Assembly (NCBI RefSeq): GCF_006345805.1
Contig: NW_021826228.1
Location: 1 to 36,197 of the forward strand
DNA length: 36,197 bases
Direction: 5' to 3'
From: Octopus sinensis
Taxonomy: Eukaryota
Shown: positions 23,533 to 36,197 of the stretch, piece after piece
Numbering within the stretch: the stretch's first letter is position 1
Layout: every line of letters begins with the position of its first letter
Made by a program: the position numbers and the translations under genes
The notes under the pieces: generated by a model
Databases searched by the model: none
What the model saw: only the letters and a program-made list of their open reading frames with translations
Told to the model about the DNA's origin: nothing

Positions 23533-25118
23533 AGTTAGTTAGTTAGTTAGTTAATTTGGCTCAAAAGCAAATAGCAAGGCCATGTAGGGGAACATGGAGT
23601 TAAGTACAGGGTGGTGTTCATGTAAAGAGTGCAGGCCACTTGAGGTCCAGGGAGGCTTTGAACAAAGCGGTCGTCGGCATCTTCACCATCTCGTCTGACA
23701 GCTTGTTCCACGGATCCGCAAACCGGACGGAGAAAGCTCCTCTCCTTCGATTGAGATGAAATCGTCGCAGGTAGAGCTTTTCGGAATGACCCCGCAGCCG
23801 ACGCTCTGGAGCAGGAGTGAAGAACAGCTCTTTCGAGAGGTTACACTTTCTGCTTATGATGTTGTGGGCGAGAATGAGATCACCAAGGCGGCGGCGTTTT
23901 TCAAGAGAATAAAAGTCGAGCGTCCTCAGCCTTTCTACGTAGGACAACTTTTTGAGACCATGAACCATGCGGGTAGCCAGCTTCTGGACTCTTTCGAGAT
24001 GCTGTATGTCTTTGGGGAGATAAGGAGAAGAGGCTTGAATCCCATACTCCAATATGGGTCTCACCAGCGTGACATAGAGTGGTAGGAATATGGCTGCTGT
24101 GAGCATTCCGAATGACCGTCGAATCAAGAACAGAATTCCGCGTGCTTTGTTGGCAGCATGGACGCACTGGGCTGAAGGCGAAAAGGGGGAATCCACCAAC
24201 ATACCCAGGTCCTTTACCTGATGGGTCCTCTCCAGCAGCAGTTGCAGAAGTAGAGCCGACAGGCAGATGACAGCACTTTGACACGTTCAGACACAGGTCC
24301 CAATAGTTAGACCACTTCCAAATTTGGTGGAGGCATCGACGAAGATCCTTTATATTACCGCGAGGAGCGACCAGTTTGATATCGTCGGCAAATAGAAGGG
24401 TGTGTTGCGTGAGGTCGTCGGGCAAGTCATTTATGAAGACTAAGAACAACAAGGGCCCAAGCACTGAACCTTGAGGCATGCCACTGCTCGCACTGGAGAC
24501 GTCGGACCGCGAACCATTAACTTGGACTTGGAAGGAGCGATCTGAGAGGAAGGCACCAACCCATCGTACAATATCCGGATGGAAACTATATGCTTGAAGC
24601 TTGACAAGTAATAGGCGGTGGTTTACCGAGTCAAAAGCTTTGGCAAAGTCCAATAAAAAGAATTTCAACAGCATCACTATCATCGAGGATGCGCGTCACC
24701 AATTCTTCCATTACTAGTAAGTTGGTCAAGCATGATCTCTTCGGCACGAAGCCGTGTTGGGAATCAGAGATAGAGGCTGTGTTTAGGAGGTGGAGCATCA
24801 TACTTTTCTTAGTTAAGCGGGTCTTCGCGGCTCCCTTTCTTGAAAATTGGGCAGATTATCGCTGTTCTCCAGTCTGCAGGTATAACACCCGTCGCCAATG
24901 ACATATTGAATAGTCGTGTTAAGGGCTCGCACATGACCGGAGCCAACGCTTTGATAACCCGTGGGTGTATGCCGTCAGGGCCGTGACCCTTGTTGACATC
25001 GAGGCCTTGAATAACACGTTTGACTTCGTCACGCGTGATGACCAATCGAAGCATTGGAGGTACCGATCTAACAAAGGGAGGGGGTTCACGACCATCATCT
25101 TGTTTGAAAATAGTTTAA
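23533..25118 (-). mobile_element. CR1/L2-group LINE B inserted into LINE A; 5'-truncated, (TAAC)n tail
   Basis: KGHGPDGI, DFAKAFDSVNH, GMPQGSVLGPLLFLVFINDL, FADDIKL, RPILEYG motifs; (TTAG)n at 23533-23552 is its 3' tail; AATT repeated at both junctions. Confidence 0.92.
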
Positions 25119-25122
25119 AATT

Positions 25123-25865
25123 GTTGATGACGATCTCAGTTGGAGTGCACACATCAACAAGAAGGTCGATATAGCTCGTAGGATGAGTTCCTGGGTCTTA
25201 AGAAGTTTCCCGTCCAGAGAACAAGGTGTCATCACACCACTTTTCTCCTCATTTGTACGGCCACACCTCGAATACTGCTGCCCACTGTGGTCTCCCCATA
25301 CAAGACAAAACATATCGAGGATTGAATTACCCCAGAGGGCACTCACTAAACGAATTGAAGGCATGGCTGCTCCCGATTATTGGGATCGCCTAAAAGCCTT
25401 GAAACTCTACTCACTCCAGCGTCGCCGTGAGCGGTACATCATTTGTACGATGTGGAAAATATACCGCCAACTTTGCCCAAATGACCTGAAAATTAGCTTC
25501 AAGATTCATCCAAGACTTGCACCACGGGCCATACATCTCCTGCCCAATTCAAAACCACAGCATACATGTACACTGCAACATAATTTCTTTTATTCAAGAG
25601 GCCCTGCCATATTTAACATTGTCCCGAAAGAGATTAAAGAGGAAAAGGATCCCATCAATTTTAAACGGAGTCTGGATAGATTCCTTCAAGGAATACCAGA
25701 TAAGCCACCCATAATTGGACAACAACTCACCCAACAGAAACTCACTACGTGAATGGACAATAAACAAAACTTGACTTAAACAGGATTCAGATAATCCTAC
25801 CAGGTGGTGCTATTAAGTTAGTCATGGCCTGGACCAATCTTTGGTCGAAATATATCTAAGTTTTA
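25123..25865 (+). mobile_element. LINE A, 3' part and 3' UTR
   Basis: VDDDLSWSAHINKKVDIARRMSSWVLRSF...VRPHLEYCCPLWSP...YSLQRRRERY, in the same frame as 23002-23532; 3' stem-loop GACCA-ATCTT-TGGTC and ATCTAAGTT tail repeat. Confidence 0.92.
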
Positions 25866-25872
25866 TCTAAGT

Positions 25873-25905
<33 letters not shown>

Positions 25906-25909
25906 GTGA

Positions 25910-26560
25910 AAGTAAATGGCATTACAATACAGAGATTATATTGTTTCACTTTTGACACGTAATACAGAAATAGTGGAGAAGGTATGTAATTGCTGCGGGC
26001 TCGTACTAGGCAACAAGTTAAAATTGTTTGCCCTATGACACCAAAAGGAAACTAAGTAAGGCATGTGTAAAGTTTGAATGTAATTGGTTGTGTATTTGGC
26101 ATGTTTTAGGGATTCACTCAGACACACAGACAGACACACACACATACATAAATCTACATCGGATGTGATAAAGAAAAGGCGACGACGTACCAACGATGTT
26201 GCGCTTGTGATTGCAGACAGGCAGAGAGAGAGACAAAGAATTTTATAAATATTGATTAAGCACATGTAATAAATGTTATTTAACGGTTAATATATGTAAT
26301 TGTATATATCTTGCAACTGCATACATATTTATATATATACATATGTATACACACACACATTATAATTTACAATAGAATATACTTATATCAGCATCTACGT
26401 ATAATAATAAAAGAAGAAAGTGATCATTATGCATTAACGATATTTTATTTCAAATTAGAGGCTAATCTATCGATCATTACCAATGTTAAGGAACGAAAAG
26501 AGTCATGTCGTCATAAAATTTATAACTTATAAATACCTTGCCACTGCATACATACCTATA
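25910..26560 (-). repeat. Older inverted paralog of 30640-31300
   Basis: Colinear reverse-complement match including unique segments (gcagacaggcagagagagagacaaagaattttataaatattgatt; taccttgccactgcatacata); visibly more diverged than the main arms. Confidence 0.8.
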
Positions 26561-26896
26561 TATATAAATAGATGTACGTAAATGCATATGTATACACACA
26601 CATACACATATAAAAATATATATATATATATTTATATATATATATATATGCGTGTGTGTGTGTTTATGTATGTATATATATATGTACTAGTATCATGGTT
26701 CCGAATGTAAGCTACTTACCAGACATCGCTGTTCTATAAGTTTCTGCGCATGACAGGCACCTTGAAAGCTAAACTCACTTTTACTTACAAGAATGCACCA
26801 AGACAAAGCTACTCACAGGAAATACTTCGTAAATTAAAGTAACAAACCTGCCGTCTCTTTTTTTCTTATGCTCCTCTCTCTCTCTCTCTCTCTCTG

Positions 26897-26979
<83 letters not shown>

Positions 26980-29397
26980 TGTATGTATTTATACATCTAC
27001 AATAATATATATACATATATATAGAGATGAACATAAATAAATGTATATATATCCATATATATATATATATGTAGTTAAATAGATATATGTATATGTATAT
27101 ATATACATATATAGCTGTATATGTATACATGTATAATGTATAGATGTATTTCTATAGATATAGATGTATATGCATACATTTATATGTGTATAAATTTACA
27201 TATGTGTAGATATAGATATATATACATATATATGAGTAGATGTATATATATATATATAATATATATAGATGTACCTGTAATATCTACATATATATATCCA
27301 CATATATAGCATACATATATACAACTATAAACACATACACACATGCACACAGACATATACATAGGTGACGGTTTGGCTGTGTGATAACAAACTTGGTTCC
27401 AAAATACATAGTCCTGGGTTCAGTCCCACTGTGTAGTGACTTGGCATGTATATTCTGCTATAGCTTCAGACCAACTATAGCCTTGCCAGTGGATTTTGTA
27501 GACAGAACCTGAAACAAATCAATCGTACAAATATATATATATGTATGTATACATGCAAGTGTATGTGTGTGTCTTTGGCTCTGTGTTTCTCCCTCATCAC
27601 TGCTTCACAACTGCCGTTCATTTATTTACACCCCCATAACCTACTGCCTTCAAAAGAAAAAAAGGGATAGAATAAGAACCAGACTTATCAACTTAAAACA
27701 ATCACTAGCATATGTCTCATTTTTAGCTTTAGATTTGCATGTTTTTCTGTATGTATGTAACCTCATGCATATAGTTGCATATCTAGATATCCGAATATAT
27801 TTACACAATGAACTTCTTGAAAATTTTAAATATTTTTACAGTTCCTGTGACGGATTGTGTGTGTAGTCTTCGAATCAGATTTCTCATTACTGTTTCTGAG
27901 AAGTGTAAATTCTGTAGATTGGTATTTCAGCAGTGTGTTATATATTGCAGTGTCCCATGCATGAGTTCATGTGTCTGGATATATATAGCAATACATGCAT
28001 ATGTGTGTCTGTTTGTGTGCGTGTGTATTTTCTCGCATGTATGTGTGAAGGTGTGCGTGTATACGTATGTGTGAGGGTGTGTGTGTGAATGTTTATGTGA
28101 GACAGCCACACCAATCAGGAACGCCAACAACACAAAAGGAGTCAAAGGACCCTCTTAAGCGAATCTTCAACAGAAAGACATAGACGCCACATAAAAATGG
28201 TCTGAAAGAATCAACATGCAACTCGATGCTGGCAAAAGTGTGAGATATACGAAGGACCTTTGAAACACACGAGAAACACCTTTTGGCTGTGGGGAGTTGA
28301 ATAATTGCATGAACACAAATTCTCAAAACGCTTCCGAAAAGTCCAGAAAATAAGATAATTTTGAGTGTTTATATAAGGGGCTTACAGCAAAATTCTGGCT
28401 TCTTTGCTTCCGTCCTCGCATATATATTTGATAAAGTTTTGCTGCCATTTCTAGCGTATGAAATGGCGCGGTTAAATGAACCTGTTGTTGTTTATTTGTT
28501 TATAAACTGCAGTGAACTTCAGAAGAACAGGAGTTATTTGGCTGCTAGTTCTAACAGCTCTATCTATTACAATTGAAATTTCATCGGCTCATATATAGAT
28601 AAAAATGGAGATTTGGAAGGCAATATGTTGTCATTTCACTGTAGATTTGGCTGCTATTTCTAGCAACGGTGGAATTCATTATGATGATTCCTTTAATTTT
28701 CTTTTTAAAATAGACTTTAATTGGAATTTAATTATTAAAATGTGAAAATGTTTTGTGGATAAGATGAATTTGTGGAGAATGGCAAAATGCGTTGTATCTG
28801 CAAAGGGCCCATCCCTTCGCGTATTCTAGAAAGGGAGTATTGTTAGTATTGGTGGTGGTGGTCATGATAGTTGTAGGGGAGATGTCTCTGTGGTTGTGGT
28901 GTTTGCTGTATTGGTTGGCTGTTGTATTGGTACTAGTATATATATTCTTTCATTCGTTTCAGTCATTTGACTGCGGCCATGCGGGAGCACCGCCCTCAGG
29001 CTATGTCGTTGAGTAAATCGACTCCAGGAATGATCCTGTTTTAAAGCCTAGTAGTTATTATATCAGTCTCTTTTCCTTAAACTGCTAAGTCACCGATACG
29101 TAAACACACGAACACTTGTTATCAAGCGTTAATGGGGGAGAATTGCAGACACAAAGACACACATGCATAAACATATACAACGGGCTTCTTTCAGTTTCCA
29201 GTGTATTAATTCCGCTCCCAAAGCATTCGTCTGCCTAATTTTATCGTAGAAGACACTTGCTCAAGATGCCACGCATGTATCCATGTATGTATGTGCCTAT
29301 GTATATAAAACTGTAATATGTTATAAAATAATACATCTATGAGCAATATATTTAAAAATATAGGAAAGAATGTATATATATATATATATATATATAT

Positions 29398-29705
29398 CAG
29401 CGTGATCACCGCGACCAGCCAGGCTTTCAGATGATGCTACACATCGCCGGTCACAATTCGCTTCGCACTGCGTTAGCCTTCAAATGTCGCTTCCACGCTG
29501 GCTATACAATAAGGCTGACGTAAGGAAGAGTGAGAGAAGTTGTGGCGAAAGTGTACAGCCCAGATCAACACCACCACTCTCCTTGTCGGTGTCTCGTGGA
29601 GCTTTAGGTGTTTTCGTTTAATAAACACTCAAAATGCCCGTATGGGAATCAAAACCGTGATCGTACGACCGAGAATCCCCTGCTCTAAACACTGGATCAT
29701 TGCAC

Positions 29706-29708
<3 letters not shown>
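29398..29708 (-). mobile_element. Second tRNA-derived SINE family (head-only copy at 31634-31762)
   Basis: Head gaggcgcaatggcccagtggttagggcggcggatcgcggtttcgattcccagac in the 31634-31762 copy shows an A box (TGGCCCAGTGG) and B box (GGTTTCGATTCC). Confidence 0.8.
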
Positions 29709-29739
<31 letters not shown>

Positions 29740-32640
29740 TATACTCACACATATGTATAGGCATAAATAAATCTACGTGAGTGTTATGTTTATACGTCAG
29801 AATGTAAATGTAGAAATATCCGTCTTACTACATGTTCCTATATATTTTTATATAATTATCACCTACCACCATATCCACGCAACTCAGCTGCAAAGAATTT
29901 GTTCCCTAACCCTGAGAAAAATGGATATTTTTGAATGAAATTTTATACAAAACTATATCAGGAAGTTCATAGTCCGATTCTATTTGAAATTGTTTTGAAA
30001 AGCACGTTTCGCACTTCGGGAGAGATTTTGTGGAATTAAACGATTCGGCTTTGACTTGCGCAATAAAATGAGTTTTCACAAGAAAATCCGATATAGTTGT
30101 AACGTACTACATTAAGAGTGTATTCATAAAAAAATTATTTATTTTCATATCTCCATTTTCAGAGTTAGCTTTTAGAGTTATGAATAATGAATCCCGACAG
30201 GGCATTGTTTTATTGGACTGACTTGCCTGTGTAAAGCATTGCGGCAAAATAATGGCTCCGTGAATTGCAAGAAACAGCAGACGATACACCACCAATGCAC
30301 TTTCCCACCACCACCACCATTTCGTTTTAGGAAATTTAAATCCACAGTTATCTGCGAGATGGTCAAATTGATTGAAATAACACGAAACACCTGAAATATA
30401 TTGAAATTTATTTCATTAAATTTACCCTGCTTCTCCGCACACCTTTCACTCTCCAATCCCTCTGTCTGCCTTTTTTAATCCCAATTTTCTCTCTTTCCTA
30501 AAATATCCTTCATATTTTTCTCTCATACATTTAGTCTCTGCAATGACACCATCTCCTCTGTAACAATAACCAACCAGGAATAATATGTGTTTGTTTGTTT
30601 GTTTGCTTGTGTGTCTGCGCGAGCGCAGACCTATATACATATATAGATATGTATGCAGTGGCAAGGTAATTATAAATTATACATTTTATGAAGTTGTGAC
30701 CCATTACCTTCCTTAACATTGTTAATGATCGGTAGATTAGCCTCTAATTTGGCGGAGAATATCGTTAATGTATAAGGATCAGTTTCTACTGTTATTATTA
30801 AAAGGAAGAGGCTGATATAAGTATATTCTATTGTAAATTATAACGTGTGTGTGTATATACATATGTATATACGTATATCTATGTATTTATAACAGTATGT
30901 ATGCAGTTGAAATATATTTACAATTACATATATGAACCGTTAAATAAACACCTTTTACATGTGTTTAATCAATATTTATAAAATTCTTTGTCTCTCTCTC
31001 TCTGTCTGCCTGCAATCACAATCGCGACATCGTTGGTACGTGGTCGCTTTTTCTTTAACAAATCTGATGTAGATTTATGTATGTGTGAGTGTCTGTCTGT
31101 GTGTCTGAGAGAATCCCTAAAACCTGACAAATACATAAATTACATTCAAATTTTGCACATGCCTTACTAAGGGTCCTTTTGGTGTCATAGGCCAAAAAGT
31201 TTTAACTTATTGTCTAGTGCGAGACCGCAGCAGTTACATAGCTTCTCCACTATTTCAGTATATGTGTCAAAAGTGAAACAATTGCATCTCTCTATTATAA
31301 TGTCAGTCACTTTCAATTTCATAAAAATATATATTTATGTATATATATATGTATATATATATATGTATGCATGTATGGTATACATCTGCAGAAATATATA
31401 TATATATATATATACATATATAAATACAGATGTACAGAAATACATGTATATATATTCTTGTATATATATATACATGCATTTATATATATGTATATAAATA
31501 TATATATATATATACATAGATGAATAGATAGATGTATAAGTATATATGTAAATATATAGCTGTATATGTATAGCTCTATATGTATAGATGTATTTCTATA
31601 GATATAGATGTATATGCATACATGTATATGTGTACAACACCACCACTCTCCTTGCCGGAGCCTCGTTGAGCTTTAGGTGTTTTCGTTCAATAAACATTCA
31701 AAATACTCGTCTGGGAATCGAAACCGCGATCCGCCGCCCTAACCACTGGGCCATTGCGCCTCTTGCACACACACACACACACTTACACTCACACATATGT
31801 ATAGGCATATATAAATTTACGTGAGTGTTATGTTTATACGTTAGTATGGAAATGTAGAAATATCAGTCTTACTGCATGTTCCTATATATTTTTATATAAT
31901 TATCACCTACCACCATATCCACACAACTGTGCCGCAAAGAATTTGTTCCCTAACCTTGAGAAAAAAGAATATTTTGAATGAAATTTTATACAAAAACGTG
32001 TCAGAAGGTTTGCAGTCCGATTGTATTTGAAATTGATTTCAAAAGCATGTTCCGCAATTCGGAAGAAATTTGGGCGAATGAAACGATTCGGCTTTGACGG
32101 GAGCAAAAAATGAGTTTTCACAAGAAAATCCGATATAGTTGGAACGTACAATATTAGGAGTATATTCATAAAAAAAACTTTATTTTAAAATCTCCATTTT
32201 GTTTAGTGTTATGAATAATGAAACTCGGCAGGGCAGTGTTTTATAGGACTGCTTTGCCTGTGTAAAGCATTGCGGCTAAATAATGGCTCCGTGAATTGCA
32301 AGAAACAGCAGACGATACACCACCAATGCTCTTTCCCACCACCACCACCATTTCGTTTTAGGAAATTTAAATCCACAGTTATCTGCGAGATGGTCAAATT
32401 GATTGAAATAACACGAAATACCTGAAATACATTGAATTTAATTTCATTAAATTTACCCTGCTTCTCCGCACACCTTTCACTCTCCAATCCCTCTGTCAGC
32501 CTTTTTTAATCCCAATTTTCTCTCTTTCCTAAAATATCCTTCATATTTTTCTCTCATACATTTAGTCTCTGCAATGACACCATCTCCTCTGTAACACTAA
32601 ACAACCAGGAAGATATGTGTTTGTTTGTTTGCTTGTGTGT
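29560..32640 (+). repeat. Diverged direct duplication inside the right arm: copy A ~29560-30640, copy B ~31634-32640
   Basis: Both copies run SINE head, ataattatcacctaccaccatatcc, cttctccgcacacctttcactctcc, gcgcgagcgc. The left arm has only one copy (~18880-19700), closer to B. Confidence 0.85.
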
Positions 32641-32949
32641 CTGCGCGAGCGCGTGTGGAATGCATGAATCGTTGTCTATTAACCAAACGATTTCAAAGAA
32701 ATGAATGGGTGTGTGCAATATTTTGCCTTTGTTACAAAGAATGTTCTAGTTGTTGTTATTACAGTTGTCTGAACATTAACACAAAGACACTTTTCTAAAG
32801 AAAAAACAAAATAACTGCGCAAATCAGTAAACAATAATCATCATTATCATTATCACTATTTGCACGACTGTGGGGTAAGAGCTTTCCTTTCCAACTGCGA
32901 GTTTCCAGGTTCAGTCCCATTTCGTGGCATTCAGGGCAAGAAACTTCTA

Positions 32950-33436
32950 TAAGTTTATCTAGGATCCTTCTAAAGCGGTACGCCAGTTCACCTCCAGGGG
33001 TGGTGTCAACGAACATGACACTCTGGTATTTATGGCTATCATACCAAGAGTTGGCCTTCCCTATTTTCTTTTTTGTCCTTTCTATAGTGTTCCATGACTT
33101 GTTCCTATAGAGTGAGCAAATCCCATTCCTATCATTACATAATATATTATCAAATTTCTTCATGGCTCCTTTGTATACTCTGATACTTTCTTTATTTCTG
33201 TAATCTGAGAACTGCATGCGGTGAATGAAATACTGTATGTGTCTCTTTAATTATGTAGGCTCGCACATGCGTGACACATTTCTCATTATTCTGACGAGGT
33301 CTTCCATCAAAATATTGAATTTGGCATTGCCCGCAATGGCTGAGTTCCGGTGGATCAGGTATTTTGAGGCCATAGGTTTTGCATAGTATGAATGAAAGAT
33401 TTGGGTTTTATTTTTTACAATTTCTAGCCAGAGTTC
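32950..33436 (-). mobile_element. PLE RT C-terminal segment (paralog of 18125-18609)
   Basis: MQFS.Y...RNKSWNTIERTKKKIGKANSWYDSHKYQSVMFVDTTPGGELAYRFRRILDKL. Confidence 0.8.
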
Positions 33437-33439
33437 AGT

Positions 33440-34000
33440 GGAGGTGAACTGGCGTACCGCTTTAGAAGGACCCTAGATAAACTTAAACTAAGAATTAAGG
33501 TTGTTGAAAAGCCAGGCAACCCTATCAAATCTATAATTGGTAGAACCTATCCTTTTAGTAGAACCCTCTGTACGGATAACTATTGCACTGTATGTAGATT
33601 TAGCCCACAAACAAACTGTAAAGCCAGAAATGTAGTCTATAGTATAAGATGTATAGAGGGACGATGCAGTAACAAGACAATAACATACGTAGGGGAAACG
33701 GCAAGAAGCATAGGAGAGCGGGTGAATGAACATTGGAGACAACAGAAGGAAGGTAAAAGCTCGTCGATTCTGTACCAACACGCCGAACAGGAACACGGGG
33801 GATCAATCAATAACATTGAGATTAAGATATTGTCCACATATAGAACAGATGCAACAATTAGACAAATTACAGAAGCTACACATATAATAGAAAATAAACC
33901 TAGCCTGAATAGAAAACTAGAATGGATCAATAGCACACACCACGAACATATGACGATAGAGGATCCCGAAAACATAATAAATAAATACACAGATAAATAA
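33440..34000 (+). pseudogene. PLE GIY-YIG endonuclease, uninterrupted 186-codon frame without a start codon (Neptune-like Cys-rich linker)
   Basis: My translation: GGELAYRFRRTLDKLKLRIKVVEKPG...CTDNYCTVC......C..RNVVYSIRCIEGRC....YVGETARSIGERVNEH...LYQHAEQEH...RQITEA.HI...PSLN. This gives VVY/YVG, catalytic R, E and N, and the CCHH motif. Confidence 0.88.
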
Positions 34001-34443
34001 ACAAATAGAAATGAATAACTATATATATGTATATATATCTATGTATGTATATGTATGTATATATATATGAATAACTATATATATGTATATATATCTATGT
34101 ATATATATGTATGTATATATATATATTTATTTTTTTCGATTAGATTTATTATTATTATTACTAATATTGTTGTTATACATACAAGCATATGTAATGATAA
34201 TAATGGGTGGATGTAAACACATGAACAAAATTAGAACAAAAGCAACAACAACAAAAACAAAATACAAATTACATGAATGTATATAAACAGAAGATACAAA
34301 TATTACAGGCATCCCCCCACACACACTAAATAAACATAGACGCACATAGAAATATAAGCATGCTCAAATGAAGACATACAATAGAAATACAAAATAGCTG
34401 ACGGTTAGTAATGAGAGACACAAATACGAAAGAAGAAAACAAA

Positions 34444-34488
34444 GGACCACTGATGCGGTCACAGGAGTGTGACGAAAGAACTCTGGCC
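34444..34488 (+). ncRNA. Degenerate minimal hammerhead in the PLE 3' pLTR (paralog 17059-17103, -)
   Basis: GG-A-CCA CUGAUGC G GUCAC AGGAGU GUGAC GAAA G AA C UC/UGG-CC; stems I-III form, but A9 is C and there is an extra G. Confidence 0.5.
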
Positions 34489-34833
34489 GAAATAAGATTA
34501 AGATTAATGTAAAAAATAAATATCACTGAAGCAAAATAACACCAAATATATAGTGCGTGTGTTTTTATTGGCTAAACTGGCAATATGACCATTCCGAAAT
34601 ATAACAATATCTGTTTCAACACACGACTTCACATAAAAAATCTTGCACAACAAATATTTAAACGTATATATATATATATATATATATACAAAAAGCAATA
34701 AAGATTCAAGTTAATTTAAATGAATTTACTTGAATATGGTACCTAACTTAGATGCACCAAAAAACTATACGGTTTTAACAATACAGTAATGTGGGGTGAT
34801 TATAAGCGAGAAAGAAGCAACAAGAATGGATAG

Positions 34834-34929
34834 GTTTTTAGTACAATTGTTTCATACAAGGACAGGCTTTATTAAAAGTTGCAAAAATTGCAGCATATAA
34901 ACGTGTCCCGTACTCATCAGCTAAAATAC
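34834..34929 (-). ncRNA. Type I hammerhead ribozyme with intact core and enlarged stem II, in a probable PLE pLTR remnant (~34690-35115)
   Basis: GU-A-UUUUAG CUGAUGA GUAC GGGACA[39 nt]UGUCCU U GUAU GAAA CAAUUG UA/CUAAAA-AC; palindromic stem III ACAAUUGU; GUA cleavage triplet. Confidence 0.7.
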
Positions 34930-35903
34930 ATGTGAGTTCTCTAGACATCCTAGTGGTTGAGGCTATACTCATGAAGTAATGTAGATAATTAAGTAACATA
35001 AACAGATTTCCAAAGTTCATTAAAGTTCTTTAAAGATGATGTAGAGTCTTATCACAGAATTTTAAAAAGGTTTTAATAGCATCACAGAGAAGGTGACTTA
35101 ATCCATAGTGTACGTATCCCAATGTAGGATTCCTCACCATCCAGGTGACAAGCACATTACGAATCTATAGCAATTAGAAGGGCGTGACTCAACTGAAATA
35201 ACACATTAACAAATGTGTGACGTGTGGGCTAGGAGAAATGAAAGTGTCACCTCTGGAGTTTGTAAATGACCTCTATACTGATACGTAACTGGACAGAATA
35301 AGTTTACGAACCATAAATGTCTTTTAATAACCAGTCACTCATCTGGAAAGCCCTTTAAATCATTGTTACTATGTGTGACCCAGTGATGGTAAAATGACTG
35401 AAAGGAGATCTGCAATCAAATAACATTACTCAACACTTTGCAACTGAATCAGTGGAGGTAAAAATGCCTCTCATTTATTTGACAATTTATGCACCACATT
35501 GCAGAAATCACAATGTAAGTGTATGTCAAAGCAAACTGTTACACTGGTGTACCATTGAATTACAAATAATGCTCATCTTCTATGCTCGGATGACCCCACA
35601 GCTTCCAAGAGTACAACTGTATTCGTCTTTGCTTAGATAAGATGACAAAATTATGGGTGTTAAGTCTCCATGGAGGGGTCTTTCTAACTTATAAGAAGAT
35701 GAATTGTTATAAATATTACTTCATTTGTGTCTAATATGTATGGTTAAAATTTCATCAACAGCAAAAATATATGAATTGTCATGGGGGTTATGGCCCTTAT
35801 GCATAGAATATAATTTCCAAATTTCATAAAGATCCATTCAGTACTTTTGACCTAGTTTTGGATCATAAGAGATATGACTAAAATTTGGGTGTTAATTAGT
35901 GTT

Positions 35904-35939
<36 letters not shown>

Positions 35940-36076
35940 ATATATATAAAGAATTGCAGCGTGGAAAGTGTTTATAAGCCATTTACGAAACACACAAAAC
36001 CGTTAGATTCACTACAAGTTTTCGTTCCAGCACACGATCTCAGATCAAGTCACTTGTATGCAAGTACCTCATCGTA

Positions 36077-36187
<111 letters not shown>

Positions 36188-36197
36188 GATAGATAGA

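Noticed and set aside
25800-25865. Hammerhead-like string at the LINE A 3' end (GACCA-ATCTT-TGGTC-GAAA-TATA-TC)
   Set aside because: The would-be core reads GUCAUGG (3 of 7 mismatches) with 4 extra nt; it is better explained as a LINE 3' recognition stem-loop.
15551-36075. Inverted duplication as a long-read fold-back artefact
   Set aside because: The arms differ by many substitutions and kb-scale indels and are separated by a unique multi-kb spacer.

Overview
AT-rich, microsatellite-laden eukaryotic genomic DNA. The SINE/LINE families look like those I associate with octopus; this is recognition only and unverified. Host coding content is minimal: one clear ankyrin-repeat exon on the minus strand (1091-1242). 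The main feature is a 6.9-kb tandem array of a ~483-bp unit (8623-15535; 11.2 units in one orientation, then 3.1 inverted). Every full unit carries an identical type I hammerhead ribozyme (CUGAUGA...GAAA, palindromic stem III) within a hairpin-rich RNA, which is the architecture of a non-LTR retrozyme. The array is flanked by a 16-bp direct repeat. It sits in a (TA)n tract whose paralogous copy at the right end of the window is empty, and it has a head-to-head inversion with a templated filler. It therefore looks like a single retrotransposition event, plausibly from a circular RNA. Three other hammerhead or hammerhead-like motif families occur here, linked to Penelope-like element (PLE) remnants. 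Much of the window is a large inverted segmental duplication (about 8515-22400 vs 27090-36197) whose spacer holds one LINE nested in another. All alignments, folds and identities were done by eye and are approximate.
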